From an uncultured Candidatus Saccharibacteria bacterium (GTDB lineage: Bacteria > Patescibacteriota > Minisyncoccia > Phycocordibacterales > UBA9973), in NCBI GenBank assembly GCA_964544225.1, contig CAZIZK010000004.1, forward strand, positions 883-64,882: a stretch of DNA of 64,000 nt, in the 5' to 3' direction. This document shows positions 10,301 through 20,980 of this stretch, piece after piece. The position numbers and the translations under genes were made by a program. The notes under the pieces are model-generated. The model did no database searches. It had not been told where the DNA came from and saw only the letters and a program-made list of their open reading frames with translations. The stretch's first letter is position 1, and every line of letters begins with the position of its first letter.

Positions 10301-10777
10301 TTATGCTGTGCGAGTTATCTCATCGACAGTACCTTTTATAGCATTGGCTATTACGAATGAACCTAGTAATAGTGCAGCCCCGATGAGTGTGTACATGAAC
10401 GCCTTCTTTGCTTTAGATATCGCCTCGGCATTACCCTGAGCCTTCACAAATAGGAATCCAGAGTAGATAATAGCAAGTACCACAATAGGCACACCTACAG
10501 TCAATACAATATTGAGTATAGCTTCAATAAATGCTGGAATGCTGTCGATACCACCTTTTAGAGGATTGTTGATCTTTGCATCAATAGATACACCATTACT
10601 TGTACCTGTTGTATTGCCACCAGAAGTCCCTGTTGTATTGCCACCAGAAGTCCCTGTTGTATGATTATTCCCTAATACAACAAACGGCATAGCTATTGCA
10701 AATACAATAGCAAATACAGATACGCATGAAGCGAGTTTATTTATAATAAAGTATTTCTTACCAGTGTTGATTTTCAT
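10301..10777 (-). CDS. TrbC/VirB2-like pilin with TTGTSGGN repeats
   Basis: INNPL...IIYSGFLFVKAQGNAEAISKAKK...IGAALLL. Confidence 0.75.
   Translation of the reverse strand: MKINTGKKYFIINKLASCVSVFAIVFAIAMPFVVLGNNHTTGTSGGNTTGTSGGNTTGTSNGVSIDAKINNPLKGGIDSIPAFIEAILNIVLTVGVPIVVLAIIYSGFLFVKAQGNAEAISKAKKAFMYTLIGAALLLGSFVIANAIKGTVDEITRTA
10605..10662. repeat. 24-bp tandem repeat (~2.4 copies) encoding TTGTSGGN
   Basis: cctgttgtattgccaccagaagtc x2 plus cctgttgtat. Confidence 0.9.
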
Positions 10778-10812
10778 ATTATATATTGTACCTTATGCCC
10801 TAATAATTACAA

Positions 10813-12522
10813 CTAACCCAACAGGTCCATACCATTGAAGCCGAGGGTGGTTAGGATGGTCTTTATTATTAGCCATGCTGCTAACGCTATTATATAACCC
10901 ATAATCATGTTGCCTAGCATATGCTTTGCTTTTGAAGTCTTCTCCGAGCTACCACCAGATGTAAGGTACAAGAACCCAGCGTACACAAGCACGATAGCTG
11001 CCAATGGTGTAGCAAAGTATATAAGCATAAAGTCAATAATATTGTTCACCAACTCGATCAATTTATTAAAATCACAAGGGTTTGCAAAGTTGTCACTGAC
11101 AGTCTCTCCTTTGCTATTTACATAACTATTTAATCTACCAGTAACATTACAATCAGGAACAATACCACCCTTTGGTTTTGGTAGCGTTAGGTTCGCCCCA
11201 CTACCAGAACCGGTATTAGGTGCAGGTGTTGGGGTCACAGCACCTGCATCACGGATAGTTATCTTATCATTTGCAAATATTTTAAAATCTTCATTATTTA
11301 ATATATTTATTGTATAAGCACCTGGCGCAAAATCATTTGGTATATATACCTGCAGTTTCGTATCATTTACTATATCCCAATTCACCTCTGCTGGACCAAC
11401 AAAAACTTTCTTTACTGTATCCTTTGTAAACCCTGCTCCGTTAATATAGAAAGACACATCACCTCTTGCGCTCTTTGTAATATCACTCGGGTCAATAGAG
11501 TTAATAGTCATATTAGCTATCGTAATCTTCTTTGGTGATGCATACATTTTTCCATCTATATCTTCGATAGTTACGTCATATTCACCATTCTTGAAGTCTT
11601 TTGGTACTTTTACTGTTATCTCGGTTGGACTAACTAATGTATATGACACTATTATGTCACCGATAAATAAATTTTTTATCTTGCCAACCACAAACCCAAG
11701 ACCCTTTATAGTAATATTTGTATCCTTCAGTGGGTTCAGTGGAGTGACAGATTGTATGATCATATCCACAACACTTATCTCATCTTTCGCATAAATATCA
11801 AACAATCCATCTACCGATGTAATATGCAATGCGTAACTACCAGGCTTGATAACTAGTGGTATTTTGGCCTCTATTTGTTTATCGTTCAGTATGGTAAATG
11901 GTACCCCCACAGTATATAGGTATACATTCTTTACATTGTCTTTGGTAAAGCCAGATCCATTGATAATAAACTTACCACCCAGCTCCACCATGCTCGGAGC
12001 ACTTTCTATAGAAAAAGGTTTGTCATAAGTAAACAACTTAAATTTATCAGATTCAAAATAAAGTTTCTTTGTGACAGAACCCGTAATAAAAACTTTGACC
12101 AAGTTGCCTGATACATCTGGATCCGGAAAAGCTTTATAATAATCCTTCTTGTCTATATAACTTGGCAATTCTAAAACTAGGCTTGTTGCATTTGGAGTGT
12201 TTGTTGTAATACCTACAGAATTCTGCATCCAAACTTTCTTGCCTTCAGAATCATAAACAATAACATCAATACTCGTGTCTGTTGTACCGTTAGGTAATGT
12301 AAACTTACTAGAAGCATTGCTACCAGAAAAAGTAACTTCTACACCTACCGACATTTTATTATCTGTGGTTATTTTTGATTGATTTTTTACAACAACAGTA
12401 CCCGTTGCCCCGCTATACAGTATCCCATCGGCACGAACCATGAACCCGACAACAGAAACTATCGCAAGCGCAGATAGGAAGCTAACTATTCGAATACTGA
12501 AGATTTTCTTTAAAGTTTGCAT
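10813..12522 (-). CDS. Large pilin-domain protein with three IPT/TIG-like repeats and a C-terminal TrbC/VirB2-like domain
   Basis: Three repeats of I.SI.P...I.I.G.GF...IP...G.Y; C-terminal YAGFLYLTSGGSSEKTSKAK...GYIIALAAWLII. Confidence 0.72.
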   Translation of the reverse strand: MQTLKKIFSIRIVSFLSALAIVSVVGFMVRADGILYSGATGTVVVKNQSKITTDNKMSVGVEVTFSGSNASSKFTLPNGTTDTSIDVIVYDSEGKKVWMQNSVGITTNTPNATSLVLELPSYIDKKDYYKAFPDPDVSGNLVKVFITGSVTKKLYFESDKFKLFTYDKPFSIESAPSMVELGGKFIINGSGFTKDNVKNVYLYTVGVPFTILNDKQIEAKIPLVIKPGSYALHITSVDGLFDIYAKDEISVVDMIIQSVTPLNPLKDTNITIKGLGFVVGKIKNLFIGDIIVSYTLVSPTEITVKVPKDFKNGEYDVTIEDIDGKMYASPKKITIANMTINSIDPSDITKSARGDVSFYINGAGFTKDTVKKVFVGPAEVNWDIVNDTKLQVYIPNDFAPGAYTINILNNEDFKIFANDKITIRDAGAVTPTPAPNTGSGSGANLTLPKPKGGIVPDCNVTGRLNSYVNSKGETVSDNFANPCDFNKLIELVNNIIDFMLIYFATPLAAIVLVYAGFLYLTSGGSSEKTSKAKHMLGNMIMGYIIALAAWLIIKTILTTLGFNGMDLLG

Positions 12523-12523
12523 A

Positions 12524-13825
12524 TTATTTACCTAACAATATTTCTAATTGACCTTGGGCTTTTGATATTGCATCACTCATAGATAACTTGTTCGATAGGA
12601 CATTTTGTATTAACTCACCAAATATAGAGTTAGTAAGTCTTGCGTCTGGATCCAGGAATGATCGGGTAACAATAGCCGAATTATAAAATGTACTTAGGTA
12701 TGGGTCAGCAGGCTTCGCAGACAGTAGTGCACGTGTTGCAGGTGGTAGTGATAGTGCGTTGGCTACAGGCTGTGCATTTATTCCAGATGACATGAGTCCT
12801 GCTACTCCAAATGCAGCTGTTGCATTTGTGGATTTATTGTTTACAGCCAGGGCGTATATATTGCCATAAGTCCTCTTTAGATTAGAGTTCTTTGTTTGGA
12901 ATATGTCGTGCACGTCAAAGCTCAGGTTCGGATTGATAGATTCGATACCGAACAATTCAGATGCAAATCCTAGGTAGAAGGCAGATCCCCCACCAGTAAA
13001 GAAATCTTTGGAATTCAGTAACCCCCTGTTCCATGAATACGATCCCGATGTTGGGTCAGAAAAGTCGGTATAGTATGACAATACTTGCTCAGTCGGGCGC
13101 ACAGGTGAAGTACTGACACTTACCAGAGTCGGAACAACTTTATCACCGGATCGTATGGTGATAGGTGTACCACTTTGCATAAGTAGTGTAGCCAGTATCC
13201 CCTTTGCATTGTTGATATTGTCATATGATCCGAGTGCTATCATGCTCTGACTGAGAGTTCCGTCTACCTTCTTGATAGTTAAAGATTTGTTTAGGTCAGA
13301 CAACTCATCCCAGAATGTTGGGACTTGGGCAATACCGGCATTGGAAAGTAAGTTCTTGTTGTAGTACAGGACCATAGGGTCGATAACGACAGGCATAGCT
13401 ATCACACCCAGATTCCCTAGGTATATATCTGCCCCATCTATAAATGTGTCACGAAATGCCTTCTCTGGGTAACTTGCGTATGGCATTTGATATATAAAGT
13501 TCTTGTTCTTTAGTATCATATCGGGTGTTATAAAGAACAAGTCTGGTCCTGTACCTGAGGCAAATGCTGTTACCAATTCCTCCTGATAATTTTCAGGAGA
13601 CTTCTTCATATAAGTTACTGTCAGGTTCTTGTTGGTAGAGTTCATGTCGTCGAAAACCTTTTGGAACTCAGAACTATTGAAAGTTCCCCAGACTACCACT
13701 TTGCCCTGTGGAGTATTGGCAGTGTTACTGGACTTACCAATAGGTAATATGCCCGAGAATATGAGTACAGCAAAAACAAAGAATGCTAGAAATATAGATA
13801 GAAGAATTGTTTGAAAGTTATTCAT
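12524..13825 (-). CDS. Extracellular solute-binding protein (family 1-like)
   Basis: N-terminal anchor, VVVWG, GTGPDLF, LYYNKNLL. Confidence 0.8.
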   Translation of the reverse strand: MNNFQTILLSIFLAFFVFAVLIFSGILPIGKSSNTANTPQGKVVVWGTFNSSEFQKVFDDMNSTNKNLTVTYMKKSPENYQEELVTAFASGTGPDLFFITPDMILKNKNFIYQMPYASYPEKAFRDTFIDGADIYLGNLGVIAMPVVIDPMVLYYNKNLLSNAGIAQVPTFWDELSDLNKSLTIKKVDGTLSQSMIALGSYDNINNAKGILATLLMQSGTPITIRSGDKVVPTLVSVSTSPVRPTEQVLSYYTDFSDPTSGSYSWNRGLLNSKDFFTGGGSAFYLGFASELFGIESINPNLSFDVHDIFQTKNSNLKRTYGNIYALAVNNKSTNATAAFGVAGLMSSGINAQPVANALSLPPATRALLSAKPADPYLSTFYNSAIVTRSFLDPDARLTNSIFGELIQNVLSNKLSMSDAISKAQGQLEILLGK

Positions 13826-13828
13826 AAA

Positions 13829-14353
13829 TTATTTGTATAACAATATTATACCATAATGATGCGCGCCTGCATCCACATCGTTCACATATTCATAGCCTTT
13901 TGACTTGAATAGGTCTGATACATAGTCCTTTGTAACGATAGACTTCTTCGCAGGACCCATATTGTTGTACGATTCGGACCAGTCCACTACACATACCTTG
14001 CCACCCTTCTTCAATATTCTTGTAATTTCTTTTATAAAAATATCTTTGTGTTCCACTTGGAAAAGTATATTACAAGCAAGGACCATATCGATACTATGGT
14101 CAGCGAGTTTGGTTCCACCATATACCTCTACATCACCTCGGATGTATTCAATATTTGTAAGTTTCCTTTTGTGAGCTTCGTCTTTGATACGGCCTAGCAT
14201 GCCGTCTTGAACCTCGACAGCATATACATGGCCACTGTGTACACGCGGTGCGATAGCTGTCGTATACAGGCCTATACCTGCGCCCAAATCTGCTACCTTC
14301 ATATGAGGTTCGAGCGGTAACTGCGCAACGATACGTTGTGGGTCAATAAACAT
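13829..14353 (-). CDS. Class I SAM-dependent methyltransferase
   Basis: VADLGAGIG motif I, VYAVE, RILKKGGKV. Confidence 0.88.
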   Translation of the reverse strand: MFIDPQRIVAQLPLEPHMKVADLGAGIGLYTTAIAPRVHSGHVYAVEVQDGMLGRIKDEAHKRKLTNIEYIRGDVEVYGGTKLADHSIDMVLACNILFQVEHKDIFIKEITRILKKGGKVCVVDWSESYNNMGPAKKSIVTKDYVSDLFKSKGYEYVNDVDAGAHHYGIILLYK

Positions 14354-14419
14354 ATTTTAATTATAACATTTAAAAATAAAAAATGTAGTATCGAGTACTA
14401 CATTTTTTATTTTATTTTT

Positions 14420-16885
14420 TTATAAACAAGTAATTGATGCGATAGAGTCACCAGGGCGCAACTTCATGATAGTTACACCTTGAGTCTGGCGACCAGATGT
14501 AGGGATAGATTTCAGATCAACACGAATGACCTGACCCTTTTGTGATACGGCAATGATCTCGTTCTCGTCACCTACTATCTTTGCCACGATCAATTTACCA
14601 GTCTTTGGTGTTACCTTTGCAGTCTTGATACCTGAGCCTCCACGCTTCTGGACTTTGTATTCCTTTATACCAGTCTTCTTACCGAGGCCTTGTGATCCGA
14701 GTATTAGGAATGCCTTTTCATTGTCGCCTTTTGCTATCCTGTCTACACCTATAACTGTATCAGCTTTTGACAATTTGATAGCGCGTACTCCACCTGCAGA
14801 GCGACCCATCTCGCGAACGTCGTTCTCCTTGAAGCGGATAGATTGTCCAGACGCTGTTGCAAGCATTACATCGTCACCCTTTGTTATTGGTAGTACTGCT
14901 TGGAGTTCGTCACCTTTGTCGAGCTTGATAGCTATCAATCCACTTCGGCGTACGTCCTTGAATGATTCGGCGGCCACCTTCTTTGCTACACCTTGGGCTG
15001 TTACAAGCATTAGGCTCTCTACACTCTTCTTTGTCTCTTTATCTATTGGCAATATTGAAGTCACCTTTTCATCACCTTCCAGCGATATAAAGTTCATGAT
15101 AGATTTACCTTTTGTAGCACGCTTGCCTTCGGGGATCTCATACATCTTGATCTGGTACGCCTTGCCACGGTTTGTAAAGAATAGTAGGTCACTATGAGTA
15201 TTGGCATTTAGAAGCATTGTTACAAAGTCCTCTTCTTTTGGTTCGATATCTATCACACCTACACCACCACGCTTCTGAGTGCGGTATTCACTTGGGTCTG
15301 TACGCTTTACGTATCCACCGGCTGTGTATACAAGTACTGATTCCTTCTCGGGTATTAGGTCCTCTTCATTGATAGCTTTTACACCACCCTTTACCACACG
15401 AGTACGACGATCGTCACCATACTTCTCTTTTATTTCGCCCAATTCTTTTGAGATAACTTTCATCATTAATTTTGCACTTGCAAGCAATGCTTCGAGTTCC
15501 TTTATCAATTCTTGCTTCTCCTTTAGTTCAAGCTCTACGTTCTTACGTTCCAAACCTGCCAACTTTTGCAAACGCATTTCCAATATTGCAGTTGCTTGCA
15601 AGTCAGAGAACTTGAACTCTTTCATCAAGTTGAGTTTTGCACCAGCTGTGTCCTTTGAAGCACGAATAACCGAGATAACTTTATCAATATGGTCCAGTGC
15701 CTTCTTCAAACCTAGCAATATATGTTCACGGTCCTTCGCCTTCTGCAAGTCGAACTGTGTTCGGCGCTTTACCACCTCTTGCCTGTGGCCGATGAATTCG
15801 GAAAGCATGCTCTTTAGTGAAAGTGTCTGTGGTACTCCCTCTACAAGTGCCACTATGTTGAAGTGGAATGTAGATTCAAGCTGTGTATGTTTGTATATAT
15901 AGTTCAGTACCTTTTGTGGGTGAACACCACTCTTCAGATCAATAGCGATGCGAATATCCTTTGCAGATTCATCACGCAAGCCTTTTACACCTTCGAGCTT
16001 CTTCTCTTGCACAAGTGCTGCAATAGATTCGATAAGAGTAGATTTATTTACACGGTATGGGATAGATGTGATTATGATCTGGAACAATCCGGACTTTAGC
16101 TCGACTATCTCGGCCTCACCACGTGTTACCACACCTCCACGGCCTGTAGAGTATGCATGCACTAGATCTGCCTGACCATATAATACTCCACCCATTGGGA
16201 AGTCTGGGCCCTTTATGTATTGCATTAGGTCCTCGGTAGTTGCGTCTTTGTTGTCTATTAGGTGGATGGTAGCGTCTATAACTTCAGTCAGGTTGTGTGG
16301 CGGAATATTGGTTGCCATACCTACGGCAATACCAAGAGTTCCATTGAGTAATAGACTTGGAACAGCTGTTGGTAATACCGCTGGTTCTTTGCGAGTTTGG
16401 TCATAGTTGGCACGGAAGTCTACTGTCTCCTTTTCCAAATCACGCAATATCTCGGCTGATATACGAGCCATCTTTGCCTCGGTATAACGCATAGCCGCTG
16501 CACCATCACCGTCGATAGATCCAAAGTTACCTTGGCCAAATATTAGTGGGTAACGATAAGAAAAGTCTTGGGCCATACCTACCATAGCATCGTACACAGA
16601 AGCGTCACCGTGCGGGTGGTATTTACCGAGCACGTCTCCAACTACTGCCGCACTCTTACGGAAACGGCCACCATGTGTCAGACCCATCTCGTGCATGGCG
16701 TACAATATACGTCGGTGCACAGGCTTCAAACCATCGCGTACATCTGGCAATGCACGTGAAGTGATCACACTCATCGCATAGTCTAGATACGCCTCTTTCA
16801 TTTCTGTCGAGATATTTACTGATATTACATCTTGCCTTGGGATATTTTCCTCTGGTTCTTGAATAACTTGTTTTGTTTTTGCCAT
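14420..16885 (-). CDS. gyrA: DNA gyrase subunit A
   Basis: [29 protein letters not shown], GyrA-box QKRGGVG, beta-pinwheel repeats. Confidence 0.97.
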   Translation of the reverse strand: MAKTKQVIQEPEENIPRQDVISVNISTEMKEAYLDYAMSVITSRALPDVRDGLKPVHRRILYAMHEMGLTHGGRFRKSAAVVGDVLGKYHPHGDASVYDAMVGMAQDFSYRYPLIFGQGNFGSIDGDGAAAMRYTEAKMARISAEILRDLEKETVDFRANYDQTRKEPAVLPTAVPSLLLNGTLGIAVGMATNIPPHNLTEVIDATIHLIDNKDATTEDLMQYIKGPDFPMGGVLYGQADLVHAYSTGRGGVVTRGEAEIVELKSGLFQIIITSIPYRVNKSTLIESIAALVQEKKLEGVKGLRDESAKDIRIAIDLKSGVHPQKVLNYIYKHTQLESTFHFNIVALVEGVPQTLSLKSMLSEFIGHRQEVVKRRTQFDLQKAKDREHILLGLKKALDHIDKVISVIRASKDTAGAKLNLMKEFKFSDLQATAILEMRLQKLAGLERKNVELELKEKQELIKELEALLASAKLMMKVISKELGEIKEKYGDDRRTRVVKGGVKAINEEDLIPEKESVLVYTAGGYVKRTDPSEYRTQKRGGVGVIDIEPKEEDFVTMLLNANTHSDLLFFTNRGKAYQIKMYEIPEGKRATKGKSIMNFISLEGDEKVTSILPIDKETKKSVESLMLVTAQGVAKKVAAESFKDVRRSGLIAIKLDKGDELQAVLPITKGDDVMLATASGQSIRFKENDVREMGRSAGGVRAIKLSKADTVIGVDRIAKGDNEKAFLILGSQGLGKKTGIKEYKVQKRGGSGIKTAKVTPKTGKLIVAKIVGDENEIIAVSQKGQVIRVDLKSIPTSGRQTQGVTIMKLRPGDSIASITCL

Positions 16886-16886
16886 A

Positions 16887-17216
16887 TTATTGTGTCTTTT
16901 CTACTGGTATAAGATCGATAACTTTGTCTGGTGTTGGTGTTACTATATTTGATTCATCTGTCGTGGTCTTACCTAAAGATGCATTACCGATACTTGCAGA
17001 AATATTGGAATACGTATTAGATAAACTCTTACCTAGAAGTGAAAAAGGTTTAATGTCTTCTTTTGCTTGTACAGATACTTTTGAATCGAATCTTTCTGAC
17101 ATTGAATATATCCAGATACTACCTACTACTGCCATCGATACTATAGTCCACAGCATTGCGTATTGTTTACGCTCCTGCTCTGGCTTTGATCTGATTTTTT
17201 GAATATATTGCTTCAT
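16887..17216 (-). CDS. Hypothetical single-pass membrane protein
   Basis: KPEQERK followed by a TM helix; adjacent to and co-oriented with gyrA. Confidence 0.6.
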   Translation of the reverse strand: MKQYIQKIRSKPEQERKQYAMLWTIVSMAVVGSIWIYSMSERFDSKVSVQAKEDIKPFSLLGKSLSNTYSNISASIGNASLGKTTTDESNIVTPTPDKVIDLIPVEKTQ

Positions 17217-17223
17217 ATTTGTA

Positions 17224-17841
17224 TTATGATTGTAGCACAACTATCTCACCTTCACGACCTACTAATTCTTTTGCTTTTATTGTTAGCTTCTCGATTGCCT
17301 TTACATCCTGGCCTCCTTCCTTTAGGAAAGCTTTCAATAATTTATCGTCGTAGTCCATAGGGATGATCAATTTAGCATCAAGTGTCACTGCCAATTTATA
17401 TGCCTCAGCAGGACCGATAGTACCTGCCTCACCGATCGGTACGAATACGATATCGGGTGTTTCGATCTTCTCGATTGTCTCGGCTGTTAATTTTGGGTTC
17501 GTGATAGGGCCCAGGAAGCAGATAGATATACCTTCGATAGCAAGTGAATAAACGGTATTGATATATTTCTTGCCACCGAGTTCAGCCTCGGTCATAACAC
17601 CTTTTATAAATATGTCTTGGACTTCATAATCCCCTGGGCCTGATATCTCAAGTGGCACAGTGTCACCATGTGACACATTTTCAAAGCCATTATAATCTGG
17701 GTGGTTTGTTGTCGATAGTGCAATGCGTGCGCCAAAGCGTGATTGCTTCTCTTTTGAGTCTTTACTAATAGGGTTGCAGGCTACAACCAGTTCGCCTTGT
17801 TGGATCTTGAAAAATTCTTTTCCGAGGTATGTGATAATCAT
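17224..17841 (-). CDS. MBL-fold protein (Lactamase_B_3-like) with degenerate metal motif
   Basis: MIITYLG, GPGDYEV, DIVFVPIG, LIIPMDY; the HxHxDH position reads TNHPDY. Confidence 0.75.
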   Translation of the reverse strand: MIITYLGKEFFKIQQGELVVACNPISKDSKEKQSRFGARIALSTTNHPDYNGFENVSHGDTVPLEISGPGDYEVQDIFIKGVMTEAELGGKKYINTVYSLAIEGISICFLGPITNPKLTAETIEKIETPDIVFVPIGEAGTIGPAEAYKLAVTLDAKLIIPMDYDDKLLKAFLKEGGQDVKAIEKLTIKAKELVGREGEIVVLQS

Positions 17842-17974
17842 GGGGGTATTATACCAAATATCGTATAAATAAAAAAGCACCCTTACTACGACCTGGCAGG
17901 AAGTAGGGGGTGCTTTCAAAAATTACGCTCCACTTGCAGGCAAATGCAAACCGGAGGGTGTGGAACGTAAGGTC

Positions 17975-18286
17975 TTAGGCGTGGGCCGAATTTTTTTCAA
18001 AAAATTGCTTTACAGTAATTTCTTCCGAGGTGATCTCTTCTGAAATTTGTTGTGGTTTTTCTATACCATACTTTATCCTTAGTCCATATACTAAAGATTG
18101 GTATTTTAAAACCTCATTTGTAACTTCAGAAAGTTCGTCTTCTTCCGAGATTTCTCTCTTCATTAGTCTTTCTTCCGCCAACTCAGTAGCAATTCTGATT
18201 TTTTTAATTGCTTTTTCTTGCAATTCACGAAATTCAATTTCGTAAGTAAGTTCTGGTGCTGATGCACTAATTCCATTTTGTGTCAT
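17975..18286 (-). CDS. Hypothetical acidic protein
   Basis: 103-aa ORF with its own upstream -35/-10 and downstream hairpins. Confidence 0.55.
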   Translation of the reverse strand: MTQNGISASAPELTYEIEFRELQEKAIKKIRIATELAEERLMKREISEEDELSEVTNEVLKYQSLVYGLRIKYGIEKPQQISEEITSEEITVKQFFEKNSAHA

Positions 18287-18374
18287 ACTTCAATGTATTT
18301 AATTTTGCCAAATTATACTCCCGTACATATCAAAAGTCAATACTGGGCCATATATATGTGGATAAGTCAAAATA

Positions 18375-18529
18375 TTGCAAAATATACATATATATAGTAT
18401 AGTAACGACATTATTAGCAGATCGGCGTGAGGATAGCCCTGTAAAAGAAATCCATTTTATAGAACCCACCCCGTACCGCTTCCCTTTCCATTTGGATAGG
18501 TTAATAAGCGGTTTTTTTATTGCAAAATT
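18375..18529 (+). promoter_or_regulatory. rpsA promoter and structured 5' leader
   Basis: TTGCAA-17-TATAGT; ACCGCTT/AAGCGGT stem followed by a T tract just before the ATG. Confidence 0.55.
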
Positions 18530-19657
18530 ATGACAACAAAAGAAGAGACAAATACAATAATCGACTCTATAGCATCTGGCGCAAAGGCCGAGCTTTCAAG
18601 CGTTGGTAAAATGTTAGAAAAGACAGACATGCCAAAGGATGTCGAGGCATTAGTAGAAGGTAAAGTTCTTGCTATCGAGAAGTCAGCAGTGTATATCGAC
18701 CTTGCTCCATTTGGAACAGGTATTATATTCGGCCGTGAATTCATCAATGCAAAAGACATTATCCGCAAAGTTGCTGTAGGCGACGTAGTAAAGGCAAAGA
18801 TCGTTAGTAAGGAGAACGAAGACGGTTATGTAGAACTTTCACTAAAGGAGGCAAAGCAAGCACTAATATGGAGTGAAGCTGAAAAGGTTATCAAGAGCAA
18901 GCAGATCCTTGAAATAATGGTAAAGGAGGCTAACAAAGGTGGTCTTATCCTAGAGTGGCAAGGTATCTCTGGTTTCCTACCAGCAAGTCAGCTTGCGAGC
19001 GAGCACTACCCACGTGTAGAAGACAGTGACAAGGACAAGATACTCAAAGAGTTGAAGAAGCTAGTTGGTCAACGTATCAATGTAGTTATGATCTCTGCAC
19101 TTCCAAAGGAAGGCAAGCTTATCTTCTCTGAAAAGGACAATAACCCAGAAGAACGCCAAGAAATAATCGGAAAGTATCATGTTGGTGATGAAGTATCTAC
19201 AACTGTTGCTGGAATTGTTGACTTCGGAGTATTCCTAAAGGTAGAAGAGGGGCTCGAAGGTCTTGTACACATATCTGAGATCGACTGGGGTCTAGTAGAG
19301 GACCCTCGCTCAATGTTCAAAGTTGGCGATGCTATAAAGGCAAAGGTTATTGAAGTAAAGGATGGCAAGATATCACTATCTATCAAAGCATTGAAGGAGA
19401 ACCCTTGGAAAGAGTTCGAAGACAAGCTAAAGAAGGGTGACATCATATCTGGTGTTGTGATCAAGTTCAACAAGCACGGCGCCTTGGTGTCTATCAAGCA
19501 GGGTGTTGCAGGTCTAGTACACAACTCAAGCTTTGGATCTGAGGAGAAGTTGAAGCAAGCATTGGAATTAGGTAAAACATATGACTTCCAAGTTACATTG
19601 TTCGAGCCAAAGGACCAGCGCATGACTCTAGTACACCTAGACAAAGAAGCAAAATAA
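18530..19657 (+). CDS. rpsA: 30S ribosomal protein S1 (four S1 domains)
   Basis: Repeated S1 motifs: GFLPASQ, DFGVF...EGLVHISE, ISLSIK. Confidence 0.92.
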   Translation: MTTKEETNTIIDSIASGAKAELSSVGKMLEKTDMPKDVEALVEGKVLAIEKSAVYIDLAPFGTGIIFGREFINAKDIIRKVAVGDVVKAKIVSKENEDGYVELSLKEAKQALIWSEAEKVIKSKQILEIMVKEANKGGLILEWQGISGFLPASQLASEHYPRVEDSDKDKILKELKKLVGQRINVVMISALPKEGKLIFSEKDNNPEERQEIIGKYHVGDEVSTTVAGIVDFGVFLKVEEGLEGLVHISEIDWGLVEDPRSMFKVGDAIKAKVIEVKDGKISLSIKALKENPWKEFEDKLKKGDIISGVVIKFNKHGALVSIKQGVAGLVHNSSFGSEEKLKQALELGKTYDFQVTLFEPKDQRMTLVHLDKEAK

Positions 19658-19676
19658 TACAAAATTATTTTAAACT

Positions 19677-19704
19677 AAAAATCCCCCATCTCTGGGGGAT
19701 TTTT
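19677..19704. terminator. Bidirectional terminator rpsA/pth
   Basis: AAAAATCCCCCA-tctc-TGGGGGATTTTT. Confidence 0.8.
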
Positions 19705-20260
19705 AGTTATACATAGTCATAGCTTTTTGGTGGCCGGATAAAGTGATGGTTTCTATTATCTTCCCTACTTTTTGTGAGACAGTATCTATCTGTGTCATTT
19801 CGTCTTGTGAGAAGTTGCCCAGCACATCTGGCTTGCGCAATACACCTTCGGTATCTAGTATCGATACTCCCACACGAATACGAACAAATTCTTTTGAATC
19901 GAGTTGGTGCATGATGCTCTTTATACCATTGTGCCCACCGTCACCCCTGTCATGCGATATTTTAATAATCCCAAGTGGCAAGTCGATATCGTCTTGCAAT
20001 ACAATCAAGTTATCGACAGTAGTTCCATATGTCTTCATCAAGTACGGCAGTACTCTACCACTTTCATTCATAAAAGTTAATGGCTTTACCATCAATATAT
20101 CTGTGTCAGCAATACGAGTTGAGGCCAAGTCGCTCTCGGCATATTTGTTCTTCTGCCATCGATCTTCTGAAATAAGAGTGTTGAAAATAATCCAAGCAAC
20201 ATTGTGCCTAGTATTTTTATATTCTTCACCTACATTACCGAGCCCTATAATAGTTATCAT
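19703..20260 (-). CDS. pth: Peptidyl-tRNA hydrolase
   Basis: IIGLGN, TRHN, KPLTFMNESG, DDIDL, GGHNG. Confidence 0.95.
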   Translation of the reverse strand: MITIIGLGNVGEEYKNTRHNVAWIIFNTLISEDRWQKNKYAESDLASTRIADTDILMVKPLTFMNESGRVLPYLMKTYGTTVDNLIVLQDDIDLPLGIIKISHDRGDGGHNGIKSIMHQLDSKEFVRIRVGVSILDTEGVLRKPDVLGNFSQDEMTQIDTVSQKVGKIIETITLSGHQKAMTMYN

Positions 20261-20360
20261 GGAAATATTTTAACACAAAACATGACATCACCCCTAATAA
20301 TACCACAACACAACAAATCCTATTCCGTCAATGGTATTTTTATGGTAAAATAGCGCCTAT

Positions 20361-20969
20361 ATGGAACAAAATAATCAAACACCAGAAAGTGTATTGGAAT
20401 CAAAGCCTCAAAATAAGATAAAGAAATACAAGAAAGATATCATTGATATCTTGAAATTCGCTTTTATTGCCCTATTGATAGTACTACCTATACGGATGTT
20501 TATCGCTCAGCCATTTATCGTTAGTGGTTCATCTATGGTTCCCAACTTCCAAGACAAAGAATATTTGATTATCGATGAACTTTCTTACTACCTACATTCA
20601 CCACGTCGTGATGATGTTGTTGTGTTCCACTACCCTTACAATACATCAAAGAAGCCTTTGTACTTTATAAAACGTATTATCGGACTACCAGGCGAAACAG
20701 TTATTCTAAATGAAGGTAGGGTAACAATAAAAAATGCTGACAACCCAGAAGGCTTCAAAAAAGATGAGTTCTACATAAACGAACCCTTCACCACTAGTGG
20801 TACTTATACACTAGGTACCGACGAATACTTTGTTATGGGAGACAACCGCAATGCAAGCTCTGACTCACGAGTATGGGGAGTGTTGGAAAAGAAACACATA
20901 GTAGGCCGTGCTTATGTGCGACTATTTCCATTATCAAAAATGTCTTATTTACCAGGGGCTATTAAATAA
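20361..20969 (+). CDS. lepB: Signal peptidase I
   Basis: SGSSMVP, FIKRIIGLPGE, YFVMGDNRNASSDSR. Confidence 0.95.
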   Translation: MEQNNQTPESVLESKPQNKIKKYKKDIIDILKFAFIALLIVLPIRMFIAQPFIVSGSSMVPNFQDKEYLIIDELSYYLHSPRRDDVVVFHYPYNTSKKPLYFIKRIIGLPGETVILNEGRVTIKNADNPEGFKKDEFYINEPFTTSGTYTLGTDEYFVMGDNRNASSDSRVWGVLEKKHIVGRAYVRLFPLSKMSYLPGAIK

Positions 20970-20980
20970 ATTTTAAATAT

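Noticed and set aside
17872-17970. Two hairpins downstream of the 17975 ORF as an ncRNA
   Set aside because: Adequately explained as 3' UTR structure plus an intrinsic terminator on the minus strand.
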